NCBI GenBank assembly: GCA_965197425.1
Contig: CBDANC010000014.1
Location: forward strand, 96,001-160,000
Source: Bdellovibrionales bacterium
GTDB taxonomy: Bacteria > Bdellovibrionota > Bdellovibrionia > Bdellovibrionales > JAUICD01
DNA: 64,000 bases
Direction of reading: 5' to 3'
Made by a program: the position numbers and the translations under genes
The notes under the pieces: generated by a model
What the model was told of the DNA's origin: nothing
What the model saw: only the letters and a program-made list of their open reading frames with translations
Database searches by the model: none
In this document: positions 39,411 to 49,726 of the stretch, piece after piece
How positions within the stretch are numbered: position 1 is the stretch's first letter
Layout: the number at the start of each line of letters is the position of its first letter

Positions 39411-39787
39411 ACATAAAAATTAAATCAAATGAATACATAACCTAAAAACTAGCACATGCTCTGGCTGATAAAATTTTTTATAAAGACACGACAAATTAAT
39501 AAAGCATAGAAATATTTTTTGTTTCTATTACTGTGCCTAAAGGCAAGTTACTTTCTCCAAGGTGTCAAAAAAATATCCCGACCTGTGCCAAAGGTGAGGA
39601 TTATTTTGATACAAATTGGACCTGCCGTTTAGTCATAAAGTTTATTTTTATCGACATAGAACATCAAATCTGTGGCAAAATATATATAACAAAAGGGACC
39701 CAAATATATAAGAAGCTATATATAAGAGGTAACTTATTTAAGATTTAATATTGTAGGATGACAAGAATTTTGTAAGGCGAAATAAAA

Positions 39788-40162
39788 ATGAATGTGAAGG
39801 ATGCAAACGATCTATTATCATTAGTGAAACAAAGAAATGATCTGTTTCTACAGTTTAGAAACATTAATGATAAAGAGTTAGAGCAAGTTAGGGGTGGAAA
39901 TTTTTCAAACCTAAAGCAGTTTTACGATAAAAGATCTAGTCTACTTACTAGCGTTAGCAAGTTAGACTCAATTATCAGAGCTTTTTCGAAAAAACAATCC
40001 AAACCAAAACCTGTACAAAAACATGTACGATCAGAATTAATCACTGCTTTAGATAAAAAAGAAGGTCTCATAAAAGAAATTTTAGAACAAGATCTAGAGA
40101 TTATTCACCTGGTAGATGAACACCAATTTAACCTATCTAAAAAGGAAGAAAAAGTCGCCTAA
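39788..40162 (+). CDS. Helical hypothetical protein, possibly FlgN/FliT-like flagellar chaperone
   Basis: 124-aa all-helical ORF; its TAA stop overlaps the TAAAGG end of a repeat. Confidence 0.45.
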   Translation: MNVKDANDLLSLVKQRNDLFLQFRNINDKELEQVRGGNFSNLKQFYDKRSSLLTSVSKLDSIIRAFSKKQSKPKPVQKHVRSELITALDKKEGLIKEILEQDLEIIHLVDEHQFNLSKKEEKVA

Positions 40163-40345
40163 AGGTCTTCCGAACGAGGCAAATAAGGGAAGCTTTGCTT
40201 TTTGCCGAGTGGTTGCCCAGCTCTAGACACGATGCTGATCCCAATGCTAAAGGTCTTCCCCAACACTGATTGAACATGGCAACAAGTTGGCTCTGCCAAC
40301 TTTTGCCAGGTGAATTACGTTACAACCCCAGCTACTACATGTCCT
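40160..40345 (+). repeat. Dispersed repeat cluster (modules A+B) downstream of tRNA-Ser
   Basis: Two TAAAGGTCTTCC-initiated hairpin units; the second is nearly identical to 62991-63065. Confidence 0.9.
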
Positions 40346-40411
40346 CACTGAAACTAACAAATGGACTGGCGTAACTAAAACTAGAAAAGTCCCCAGAATA
40401 AACAATAGTGA

Positions 40412-40501
40412 TGGCGGAGGGAGAGGGATTCGAACCCTCGAAACGGTTGCCCGTTTGCCAGTTTTCAAGACTGGTGCTTTCAACCACTCAGCCATCCCTC
40501 C
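40412..40501 (-). tRNA. tRNA-Ser(TGA)
   Basis: GGAGGGATGGCTGAGTGGTTGAAAGCACCAGTC-TTGAAAA-CTGG...GGTTCGAATCC-CTCTCCCTCCGCCA; long variable arm and encoded CCA. Confidence 0.97.
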
Positions 40502-40539
40502 GCCACAAAATCTAGTTTGGTAAATGAAATTTTTCAAGT

Positions 40540-40757
40540 ATAAAGGTCCATTAGCGAAGCTAAATACATGGGTTGGCGTAACGATTGCACGAAGTGCAAG
40601 TGAAGCCAGAACATGTTTTAGCTGAGCGATTGTTTCTACCAAGGTCTTCCAAGTGAAGGCAAAAATAAGTGGACTTGTTCACTTTTTTTGCCAAACTGGT
40701 TGCCCAGCTCTGTAAGGTTTAATACGACAAGAGTCACTCAAAGGTCCATTAGCAAGG
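40540..40757 (+). repeat. Dispersed repeat cluster (modules C+A plus partial C) between serS and tRNA-Ser
   Basis: AAAGGTCCATTAGC twice and AAGGTCTTCC...AAGTGGACTTGTTCACTT...TGGTTGCCCAGCTCT. Confidence 0.88.
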
Positions 40758-40768
40758 TTAGGAGATGG

Positions 40769-42040
40769 TTAGCTTTTTGAGATAGTCTCTCTACCACCCA
40801 TGTAAGGTCTCAATGCACCTGGTATCAATACAGTACCATCTTCCCTTTGATAATTTTCTAAAATAGCCATTAAAGTTCTGCCAACAGCAAGTCCACTTCC
40901 GTTTAAAGTATGAACAAACTCAGGCTTACTAGTACCTCTTCTAAACCTAATTCCCGCTCTTCTAGATTGAAAATCCAAGCAATTAGAAACAGAAGATATT
41001 TCTCTATACCTACCCTCACTAGGTATCCAAACCTCAATATCATATGTCTTTGAAGCTGCAAAACCAATATCTCCAGAGCACAGAGTAACTACACGAAAGG
41101 GCAATTTAAGTTTTTTTAAAATAACTTCAGCATGAGAAGTCATCAACTCCAAATCACCAAAACTATCCTCTGGCAAACTTAGCTTAACCAACTCAACTTT
41201 ATGAAATTGATGCTGCCTAATAAGACCCTTTGTATCCTTACCATAACTACCAGCCTCAGATCTGAAGCAAGGAGTGAATGCCACAAAAGACATAGGCAAA
41301 TCATCACAAGATAAAATCTTACCAGAATGATAATTGGTAACAGGAACTTCAGCAGTGGGAATTAAATAATAATCTGTATCCTTCAAATGGAATACATCTT
41401 CGACAAACTTAGGAAATTGCCCAGTACCATAAAGTGCTTCACTGTTTACTATGTAAGGGGGGATGGTCTCTAAATAACCATGTTCCTCTGTCTGTATATC
41501 CAACATAAAATTATAAATAGCTCTCTCCAATCTAGCACCTAAGCCATGCAAAGTAACAAACCTAGAACCAGATACTCTAGCAGCCATCTCAAAATCTATA
41601 ATACCAAGCTCTTTTCCCAAAGAAGCATGATCTTTTGGTTTAAACCCCAAATCTTTAATTTCAAAAACCTCTCTCTCTACTCTATTATCATCCTCAGTCC
41701 TGCCTTTTGGAACTGACGAATGACATATATTAGGAAGTGAAGATAACCCCAGGTTAAATCGAGACTCAACTTTAGAAAGCTGCTCTTCAATACCCTTTAT
41801 CTCAGAAGACAACTTCCTCATTGCTACAATGTCAGACGAAGCATCCTCTTTACCTTTTTTCTTTAGAGCAATTTTTTGACTAACCTGATTTCTAAGAGCT
41901 TTTTTTGTCTCTACTTCTAACAGTATCTCCTTTCTCTTATTACATAGAGCCTTGATTGAATCTAATGAACTTACATCCCAACCCCTGTTTTGCAAACAAT
42001 CTCTATATTCCTCACTTAAAACAACATCTGTACTTAACAT
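40769..42040 (-). CDS. serS: Serine--tRNA ligase
   Basis: LIPTAEVP, FRSEAGSYG, RQHQFHKVE, EISSVSNC and HTLNGSGLAVGR. Confidence 0.98.
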   Translation of the reverse strand: MLSTDVVLSEEYRDCLQNRGWDVSSLDSIKALCNKRKEILLEVETKKALRNQVSQKIALKKKGKEDASSDIVAMRKLSSEIKGIEEQLSKVESRFNLGLSSLPNICHSSVPKGRTEDDNRVEREVFEIKDLGFKPKDHASLGKELGIIDFEMAARVSGSRFVTLHGLGARLERAIYNFMLDIQTEEHGYLETIPPYIVNSEALYGTGQFPKFVEDVFHLKDTDYYLIPTAEVPVTNYHSGKILSCDDLPMSFVAFTPCFRSEAGSYGKDTKGLIRQHQFHKVELVKLSLPEDSFGDLELMTSHAEVILKKLKLPFRVVTLCSGDIGFAASKTYDIEVWIPSEGRYREISSVSNCLDFQSRRAGIRFRRGTSKPEFVHTLNGSGLAVGRTLMAILENYQREDGTVLIPGALRPYMGGRETISKS

Positions 42041-42089
42041 TTTTATATCCTAATATATGCTTAATACCCCAACACAGCTTCAATATCTA

Positions 42090-42374
42090 TCAACCAGGAG
42101 CAACATCAATATAGAGTTTGATCAGATAACCTACTATGACAAAACTCAAGTTAAAACAAGCCAACAATATAAAACCCCAATTTTTGGAAATTTTAATAAA
42201 AGACAATAAAACAACAACCAATAAAAAACAAAATACCAATGTATTATAACCAATGAAATTTTGACCAATTATAGAAAAAGTAAGACCAATAAACAATCCG
42301 GTAGCAATTCTAAACAATATTAGTGTAATTCCAAGTACCATTTTTGAATTTCCAAGATGTTTTCTGATAACCAA
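42090..42374 (-). CDS. Small membrane protein
   Basis: Three hydrophobic helices; lies between the TPR gene and serS. Confidence 0.65.
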   Translation of the reverse strand: MVIRKHLGNSKMVLGITLILFRIATGLFIGLTFSIIGQNFIGYNTLVFCFLLVVVLLSFIKISKNWGFILLACFNLSFVIVGYLIKLYIDVAPG

Positions 42375-42382
42375 CCTAGCCC

Positions 42383-45220
42383 CTACAATGCTCTGCTCAG
42401 GGATTCAATCTTAGCTTTAATGACTCCTACATCACTTCTATTTGGAGCAAGCTTTATATATCTATCATAGGCAGTGATAGCTTGATCTACTCTACCTCTG
42501 GTTTCATATATCACACCTTGCTCTTTGTAAATATCAGGATTTCCATTTTCTAGTTGTTGAGCTTTTATTATCATTTTTTCAGCTATATCCAAGTTATCAT
42601 CCAATCTATATGCTCTAGCAAGTAAGATATAAACCCCAACTCCCCCTGGTCTAATTGCTATTGCCTTTTTAAATTCTTCTTGAGCTGAAGTATAATTCTT
42701 TGCCTTCATATAAACTTCACCAGCTAATAAATATGGGTTGGTTAAGTTTGGATTTATACTCATTTCATTTTTTGCGAATTCTAAAGCGTTGTTTGTATTG
42801 CCAAGCTCCAAATAAGACTTACCAATATAAAAATTTGCAAGAGGGTATCTGTCATTAACACTTATAACTCTCTTAAATTGACTGATTGCCTCCTGATACT
42901 TTTTAGTCTTGTAATATAAGACTCCAGTATTAAATAAAGGATCAGCATCAGTAGGATCAATGTTAGCTGCCTTAAGATATGATTTTAATGCATCATTAAA
43001 TTGGTTTATATTTTCTTGCAATTTACCAATCAACAAATAAGCTTCTTTGTTTCTAGAATCAAAACTAATAATCTGATTTAAAATTCCTCTAGCTTCAATA
43101 AAATTTTGGTTTGCCATATACACTTCTGCCAATGCAATTCTATATCTCATATTAGCCGGATAAGTATTTATAAGATTTTGTATGTACTCAACTCCCACTG
43201 ATTGACTTTGAAATTTACTAAGGGTTTTAGAGTAGAGAATTTGAGCATCAATATTTTCACCATCTAACTCTATAGACTTTGCAGTTATTTGATATGCCTC
43301 TTGATATCTAGACATACCATACAGGGCTTTGCTCAAAATGATATGAGCTTCAACATCAGAGTCATATATTTTAATTGCCTGTCTAGATAAACTCTCGGAG
43401 GCTTTGAAATCTTGACTTCTTAAAGCAACTAGAGCTTGAGTTCTATAAACTTCATTTTTTCTTACATTTAAACCAAGAGCTTTTTGTAACACACCAGTTG
43501 CCTCATCAAAATAATATCTTTGAGACAAATAATCTGCCAAAGTAATATATGCTTCCAACATATTTGGATTCGCTACTACAGCCTTTTTAACCCAATCCAA
43601 TGATTCCTTTGTTTGGTTTAATTTCCAAAGAGCTTCTCCTGCTTTAAGCGCTGCTGTGGCATTCTTTGTCTTTTCATAGATTGATTTAAATTCTGATTGT
43701 GAATCTAAAAAATCACCCTTTCTATATAACTCATTTGCCTTTGCCATTGCAAAAGCAGTGTCATCTGAGCTCACATCACTGCCTAGACTAGACAATAATG
43801 ATTTAACTTTCTCGTTTGTAGGATCAATGTTAAAACTCTCCTTTGCATACTTTAACGCAAGATCTCTTCTGTTGTTCTGTACATAAAAATAAGAAAGCTT
43901 ATAGAGTGCTAAAGCATCTATGTAAGGAGGAAGAAGACTTTTTTGTCTACTTTCTAAAATTTGATTTACATCACCACTTGGATCTAAAATGCCACTCAAG
44001 GCCAGTGCTTCAGAATGATTGGGATAGATTTCCAATACCGATTTTAATATTGCTCTAGCTTCATTGTTATTACCTCTTAGTAAATGATAAAAAGAGGCCT
44101 TTATGTGTGGATGTACCCAGTTTTGCCAAATTGATCTAGCTTTATCTATATAAGAAATTGCTGTCATATAATTGTTGTTTTGTGCATATATCTCTGACTT
44201 AAATTCATAAAATACTGCTTCTCCTGGGCTGTCCAACAACACCTTATTAACTATTCTCTCTGCTCTTTTGAAATTCCCCTGTAAAAAATTTTCTACTACT
44301 CTACATATATCATTGTTTTTACCAATCGCCTCTATTTTGGAAATTCTCCTTACAACTACACTTACGGTTTCCAACGCTTGATTATCTTTTTTGGAATAGG
44401 GCCAAAGCTCTCTATGAACAAGACAGAGCAAAGCTAATACATTTGCATCATTGGAAGCAAGCTCTGCCAAATACACCAGCTCTTCTTGACCTTTTAAATA
44501 ATTTAAATATGTCCCAGCTTGAAATAACTGTAGTGCTCTCTTATACCTGTTCTGAACTTCGCTCTGTGGCATATCATAACTAAAGCCATTGGGTGACTGT
44601 AATACTACTTTATCCTGCAACTCTTGGTCTTTTTCTTCACTCAACAAAAACGCTATTACAATGATAATAATGGCAATGAAAGCTATTGGCTTTTTCTTCT
44701 TTTTTTTGAGATCTATAGTTTTAGATCGCTTTGTTACTTTTGCCAAATTCGACTTTTTCTTGGCTATACTGGCATAATCTTTAAATGAATGGCTGTGTTT
44801 AACAGGCGGAATATAATAATCAGGTACATTAGCCACATCCTCAGATACAACTTGAGCTTCGTTATTGTTTTTTTCAGGCGCTTTTATTTGATCTTCTTTA
44901 TTGTTGTCTTCACTCAAATGATCTGTCTTGTTTGAATCTTCTATTGGCTGCTTCACTTGATCTATATTTTTGTCATCAGATGTGTTGTCCGCTTTTTTAC
45001 TGGCTTGCTCTGGCTCTTTGGACTTTAAACCTGCCAGTGCATTCAAAATTTCATCTGCTAATAGAAGGTTACTAGAAACTTTGACCCAATTGGCCTCATC
45101 AACATTACGGATCAGTTCGTCACCTAAAACCAAACCCTCCCCTATCATCTTCTTGATTTCTTCTAGGGAATATGGGCCCTTTGTGTTGCCCTTAAGATCT
45201 TTTAAAAACCATTTTTTCAA
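42383..45220 (-). CDS. TPR-repeat membrane protein with N-terminal GYF_2-like domain
   Basis: WFLK...KGPYSLEEI N-terminus, low-complexity linker, TM helix and many TPRs. Confidence 0.8.
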   Translation of the reverse strand: MKKWFLKDLKGNTKGPYSLEEIKKMIGEGLVLGDELIRNVDEANWVKVSSNLLLADEILNALAGLKSKEPEQASKKADNTSDDKNIDQVKQPIEDSNKTDHLSEDNNKEDQIKAPEKNNNEAQVVSEDVANVPDYYIPPVKHSHSFKDYASIAKKKSNLAKVTKRSKTIDLKKKKKKPIAFIAIIIIVIAFLLSEEKDQELQDKVVLQSPNGFSYDMPQSEVQNRYKRALQLFQAGTYLNYLKGQEELVYLAELASNDANVLALLCLVHRELWPYSKKDNQALETVSVVVRRISKIEAIGKNNDICRVVENFLQGNFKRAERIVNKVLLDSPGEAVFYEFKSEIYAQNNNYMTAISYIDKARSIWQNWVHPHIKASFYHLLRGNNNEARAILKSVLEIYPNHSEALALSGILDPSGDVNQILESRQKSLLPPYIDALALYKLSYFYVQNNRRDLALKYAKESFNIDPTNEKVKSLLSSLGSDVSSDDTAFAMAKANELYRKGDFLDSQSEFKSIYEKTKNATAALKAGEALWKLNQTKESLDWVKKAVVANPNMLEAYITLADYLSQRYYFDEATGVLQKALGLNVRKNEVYRTQALVALRSQDFKASESLSRQAIKIYDSDVEAHIILSKALYGMSRYQEAYQITAKSIELDGENIDAQILYSKTLSKFQSQSVGVEYIQNLINTYPANMRYRIALAEVYMANQNFIEARGILNQIISFDSRNKEAYLLIGKLQENINQFNDALKSYLKAANIDPTDADPLFNTGVLYYKTKKYQEAISQFKRVISVNDRYPLANFYIGKSYLELGNTNNALEFAKNEMSINPNLTNPYLLAGEVYMKAKNYTSAQEEFKKAIAIRPGGVGVYILLARAYRLDDNLDIAEKMIIKAQQLENGNPDIYKEQGVIYETRGRVDQAITAYDRYIKLAPNRSDVGVIKAKIESLSRAL

Positions 45221-45376
45221 AAGAAAACTCCAATAATCCTTAGATTATATCAGGCAAACAGGTAGTATGGCAAACAGCCAAAGGATGTCCTTCTTGAGAC
45301 ATCGTTTACACTTTTTATTTTTATAACCTCTTAAATTTTTTAGAAGAGGTTATGTTATGCCGTGGAAGGAGCGCAG

Positions 45377-47362
45377 TTAATTACACTCATAATTAACTCT
45401 AACCCTATCTCCGCTTTCTAGATCTACTTTTACCGTAATTTGATTGCCATTAATTTCAAAGTCTGAACCTTTACTAAGCACTGTCACTGTACCGTTTCTT
45501 TCTAAAGATACTTGCAGGGTGTTGTTTTCAACAGGTGTGGATGAAAGCGTTACTGTTTGAGATACACGAGTACCAATAAATGAAAGTATGCTTGAATAAG
45601 ATGATGCATTTATATCACCTTCGAGCCCGCCGGTGTCATTAATGGCAGAAGGAACAGCATGACTAGATGTACATGCACTTGAATTCAAAATACCATGTAC
45701 TGTGATCCCCTTGTTGGGCCACACCCCATTAAATCTACTAAAGAATGAAGTTTTGTCAGCACTATTATGGTCATTACATTCATCCGAAACTATAACCAAG
45801 GCAAGATCTGTGTCAGATCTAAAAGACCCGTTATTATCTATTGCTTGTTCAGCGGTTTTAAAAGGCTTTTCCGTCCCACTACCTTTTGTTCCTAATATCA
45901 CTGCGGATTCGAACAGAGCGTTTGCGTTTGATGTTGTAGAGGTTAAAACGTTGCTCCCGTTATTGAAACTTACAAAATTCCCACCATCCGCAACATCTGT
46001 CGATATAATGGCAATACGCCAGTTGAGATTAGTTCCTAATCCACTAACAAAACCACTAAATCCAGTCGCCATTTTGCTCTGCTCTTCCTTCATAGAACCA
46101 GAATTATCAATTACAAATAAGATGTCAGCTTTATTCTGAGTAGCTGTCATGTTAAATGACTCAGAATTTGTAGGGTTTTCGTCACAACTGTTTGCATCAG
46201 CACAAGTTTGGCAACTGGAACCAGAAACTATTTTACTTGCACAAGTTTGCCCCGCTCTCGCTTTAAAACAACTTAAGTTGCAACCAGGATTTGTAGGTTG
46301 AGGACAGTTTAAGCCAGTTGTGTTTGCATGGTGTCCAGGATAATCACTGCATTGTTCTGCTCTTGGAGATCCGCAAGTGTTATCACAAATTTGACATTGA
46401 CCAGCACTACAAACGGTACCTGATCTGTAACATTGAAAACCACATTTAGTCCCATCTGGAACAGGGCAAGCAAGCCCGCTAGAATCTGGACAATTTAATT
46501 CACTACGAGTTTTATTTCTAGGAGGTTCGCTACAGCTGTTGGAGTCAGTACATATTTTACATTGATCACCAGCAATTTTTTCTCCACAAGTTTGCCCGAC
46601 TTGAAAACAACTTAAGTTGCAACCAGGGCTTGCAGATTGAGGGCAGGTTAAGCCAGTTGTGTTTGCATGGTGTCCATGGTAATCGCTGCATTGTTTTGCT
46701 CTTGGAGATCCGCAGGTGTTATCACAAACCTGACATTGGCCAGCAGCAGAACATCTATCCACTAGAGGTTCACCGCATTGTCCATCTGGACAAGTGGTGC
46801 ATTCATTAGAGCTATCACAAGTGGGAGTTTTCCCGTCACATTGACCGTCAACACATGTGTTGCAAGGACCAGAACATTTTTCATCTTCATTAGCTTGCGT
46901 ACATTCAGGACACCTTTCGATGTTTTGTTCGAAAGTAACTATACTACCTGCCGAATCCCCTATCTGTATTGTAAAATCATATTTGTTCTCTAATAGATCA
47001 CTAAAGGTTACTGTATCCTCATTTACAGTTATGGTTACATCATTTGGGATAGCTGTTACCGACAATATTCTTAAAGCATAATCATCTGTAGTCATGGTTG
47101 TGCTGTCCGAGGCAAGGCTATCACACACAAAATCAGGGACACTTTGCTCACATATAAATTTATATGCTGATCCAAAAAATTGATCATTAACTCTAAATGA
47201 TGCAGCGTTATCTGCACCTATGCAGCTACTGGTTATTCTTGCATTTATGGTGTCTTCTAATGATGCAAGGGAGCTGAAGGATATCTTTGCACAATTTTGA
47301 TAGGCCAATAAACTGCCAGCCAAAATCACAATACACCCAGCAATAAATAAACCAGATTTCAT
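45377..47362 (-). CDS. Cys-rich lipoprotein with C-terminal vWA domain (putative adhesin)
   Basis: YQNC lipobox, duplicated Cys-rich module, DILFVIDNSGSM MIDAS motif and VSDE. Confidence 0.8.
   Translation of the reverse strand: MKSGLFIAGCIVILAGSLLAYQNCAKISFSSLASLEDTINARITSSCIGADNAASFRVNDQFFGSAYKFICEQSVPDFVCDSLASDSTTMTTDDYALRILSVTAIPNDVTITVNEDTVTFSDLLENKYDFTIQIGDSAGSIVTFEQNIERCPECTQANEDEKCSGPCNTCVDGQCDGKTPTCDSSNECTTCPDGQCGEPLVDRCSAAGQCQVCDNTCGSPRAKQCSDYHGHHANTTGLTCPQSASPGCNLSCFQVGQTCGEKIAGDQCKICTDSNSCSEPPRNKTRSELNCPDSSGLACPVPDGTKCGFQCYRSGTVCSAGQCQICDNTCGSPRAEQCSDYPGHHANTTGLNCPQPTNPGCNLSCFKARAGQTCASKIVSGSSCQTCADANSCDENPTNSESFNMTATQNKADILFVIDNSGSMKEEQSKMATGFSGFVSGLGTNLNWRIAIISTDVADGGNFVSFNNGSNVLTSTTSNANALFESAVILGTKGSGTEKPFKTAEQAIDNNGSFRSDTDLALVIVSDECNDHNSADKTSFFSRFNGVWPNKGITVHGILNSSACTSSHAVPSAINDTGGLEGDINASSYSSILSFIGTRVSQTVTLSSTPVENNTLQVSLERNGTVTVLSKGSDFEINGNQITVKVDLESGDRVRVNYECN
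46265..46745 (-). repeat. Intragenic direct repeat (46265-46406 and 46604-46745) encoding a Cys-rich module
   Basis: AAAACAACTTAAGTTGCAACCAGG...GCTCTTGGAGATCCGCA...CCAGCA occurs twice, 339 bp apart. Confidence 0.9.
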
Positions 47363-47494
47363 TTAATGTCCTCAGAGAGTATTATAGACTAAATCCACCT
47401 AAATTTTGCATATTTTTTTGCGTAACGAACAAAACATCACCATACCTTAGTATAGAAAACAAATACATGCTTCTCAGGTACCCGATGCTAGCTA

Positions 47495-47529
47495 CCTGAC
47501 TGCCTGACTGCCTGACTGCCTGACTGCCT
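47495..47529. repeat. 8-bp tandem repeat (CCTGACTG)x4
   Basis: CCTGACTG four times plus CCT. Confidence 0.9.
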
Positions 47530-47541
47530 ACTCGATTTCTT

Positions 47542-49674
47542 TTATTTTAATATCACATTTATAAAATCAGGATCTGCCACGAAGCTTTTAATCGTACTGT
47601 TGTTATAGTCATCCAAATACTTGATGGAGTGCACTCCAGGGTTTGCATTGAATATGACAAACCCTCTTACCCTATCACTCTCGGCCTCTACAGGATTAAA
47701 TTCTTCATCAAAAAATACTGGAACACTCTTATCATTCATCAAATCTTTACTTATTTCTATATCTACATCATGGATATAACTTACTACTATTGATAAACTA
47801 GGGTAGTCAGTAATTCTGTAATAAGAAGCTAACTCCCACAGCCACTCTTTTGAAGGAACTCTAACATTGAGATCCCTATCATCTGAGTTGGTTGTAACCC
47901 TGATAGGCAAGTATCCAATGCTATGGGGCTTGATTTCTATATGAAGGGGTTCATTAGATCTAGCAAATCTAATATCTACATATCCAGAATCAGTACTCCA
48001 TACTTCATCACTACCTATGTAAGACAAATCAGAATCTAGAATATTTCCAGTTTCCCCATCAAATGTAGCAATCCATTTAGTAAGCATACTACCATCAGAA
48101 ATATTTAAACTAGTTATGTGACCTGAAACAACATCAAATACCTTCACATTTGTAGCAACTTCACCAATCCTAGCCCTTAAAAGATGTATCCCCTCAGGCA
48201 CATCATAATACGCAAAGCAGCCTGTATCTAAAGAACCAGTATTAGAATATACAAATTTCCCTTCACCGTTTAAATACAAAGGGCCTTTAGCATCACGATC
48301 TGCAAGCTCTACATGTGCACCTCTTTTGCTATTAGGAAAACATCCCCAAATAATACCACCTGCTCTAATATCAAAATTCAAAGCAGCCTCGTCTAAACTC
48401 TCCAATACGGAGGTACCGGGAACTATCATGCTATCAGTATTGTTACTAGACCAAAAAAATGTCTTCCAGTTTTCTATATTCAACAAAGATAAGAAACTAG
48501 AACCACCAGAAAGTTTTGGGATAGAATAAACACCATTTATATCTACTCTAATCTCTTCATCAAAACCCATAACACTTGCTTTGGTATTCAGTATATTGGT
48601 AGAACCATCAGCATCCATATAATAAATATTATTAGCAAAACCATTTTCCACAGGATCAATATAAATATCAAAATTTGGTGTAAGCTCACCCAACAAGTAC
48701 TCTGTATAACCAATAGATAAGTTGATATCATCTATCAACTCAGCCACCAATAAGCCATCAAAGCTATTATCTATGTCTATGGAATATGTTCCAGTATCAT
48801 TATCAATTACACCTTCGTTGATAATCTTACTACCCGACAACTGATAAACCCTAAGATCGTTAACTCCACCTAAAAAAGCCAACCCATCTTTTAGAGTAAT
48901 ATTCCCAGTCACTGTATTTGGTGTACTAGAATTTAAAATTTTTGCCCGAAGCTTTGATTGCGTACCCATTGATTTAGAGCTATCAACACTGTTCCTACCT
49001 TCCAATACCCTGTCTAACCCCCTATTAAATTCTACATTGGCCTGTCTTTCTTTAGAGCGACTAACTAGGCTAGAAAACAAAACATCTACATCTTCAGTCT
49101 TCTTATTAGCTACAGGGCTCTCACTTGGCAAACCAACCCACACTCTGTTGTTTATCCACCTTTGCTTACTTTGCCCCATGTTATCTGATACAGGCACAGT
49201 ATAATTTTGCCGTGCCAACCTCTGACGCCCACTCCAATACTTATTGGCAGTATTTTTTTGAAACTCCTTCCAATCACTCATAAACCCACTACTGACAGGA
49301 AGATTATATTTATCTTGATTTTTTGTGTTTAAAGTTAGTAGAGCGGTCTTTTTTAAATAATCTTTACCAGAGGTTAAGTGCTCTAGCATTTTATCAACAC
49401 TATCTTCAGATACATTAGCCGGTCTTACCTCTAAATCAGAATAAACATCATTAATAGCAGGAGTATGCTCATCAACTAAAAGTATTAAGGGAGGATAAGT
49501 CCTATCAATTTTTACAACTGAACCACTTTTAAAAAATTTAAAGTTATCTCTACTATCTATATTTAAATCATTTCCTGCAGAAAGAAAAAAACACAAAAAG
49601 GCTATAACAAAAAAACTATAATGTAATAGATTATACTGTGGTAGGTTTTTATAATTTAAATAAGGTCTCGACAT
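47542..49674 (-). CDS. Hypothetical exported beta-rich protein
   Basis: 710-aa ORF with N-terminal TM helix; no recognised catalytic motif. Confidence 0.65.
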   Translation of the reverse strand: MSRPYLNYKNLPQYNLLHYSFFVIAFLCFFLSAGNDLNIDSRDNFKFFKSGSVVKIDRTYPPLILLVDEHTPAINDVYSDLEVRPANVSEDSVDKMLEHLTSGKDYLKKTALLTLNTKNQDKYNLPVSSGFMSDWKEFQKNTANKYWSGRQRLARQNYTVPVSDNMGQSKQRWINNRVWVGLPSESPVANKKTEDVDVLFSSLVSRSKERQANVEFNRGLDRVLEGRNSVDSSKSMGTQSKLRAKILNSSTPNTVTGNITLKDGLAFLGGVNDLRVYQLSGSKIINEGVIDNDTGTYSIDIDNSFDGLLVAELIDDINLSIGYTEYLLGELTPNFDIYIDPVENGFANNIYYMDADGSTNILNTKASVMGFDEEIRVDINGVYSIPKLSGGSSFLSLLNIENWKTFFWSSNNTDSMIVPGTSVLESLDEAALNFDIRAGGIIWGCFPNSKRGAHVELADRDAKGPLYLNGEGKFVYSNTGSLDTGCFAYYDVPEGIHLLRARIGEVATNVKVFDVVSGHITSLNISDGSMLTKWIATFDGETGNILDSDLSYIGSDEVWSTDSGYVDIRFARSNEPLHIEIKPHSIGYLPIRVTTNSDDRDLNVRVPSKEWLWELASYYRITDYPSLSIVVSYIHDVDIEISKDLMNDKSVPVFFDEEFNPVEAESDRVRGFVIFNANPGVHSIKYLDDYNNSTIKSFVADPDFINVILK

Positions 49675-49726
49675 AAAACTCGCACCTGCTTTTTTGAAAA
49701 TACAGGAGGCTTTGTAAAGAGACTAT

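Noticed and set aside
39533..39748. 71-aa ORF with short CTGTGCC(T)AAAGG direct repeat and AAAGGTGAGG
   Set aside because: No SD or recognisable protein features; the match to the repeat head is too short and has no hairpin.
40247..40642. 131-aa ORF, and similar ORFs at 53135-53395 and 62892-63152 sharing peptides such as CVELGNH and HLAKVGRANLLP
   Set aside because: They are translations of the repeat DNA, and one runs through the tRNA; the similarity is explained at DNA level.
40540..40715. HDV-like/theta or hammerhead ribozyme (minus strand has GCTGGGCAAC and GCTAATGGAC; the tail elsewhere has TTGATGA)
   Set aside because: I could not build the nested double pseudoknot or a CUGAUGA/GAAA core, and wobble pairs favour the opposite strand. 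A descriptor or Infernal search would settle it.
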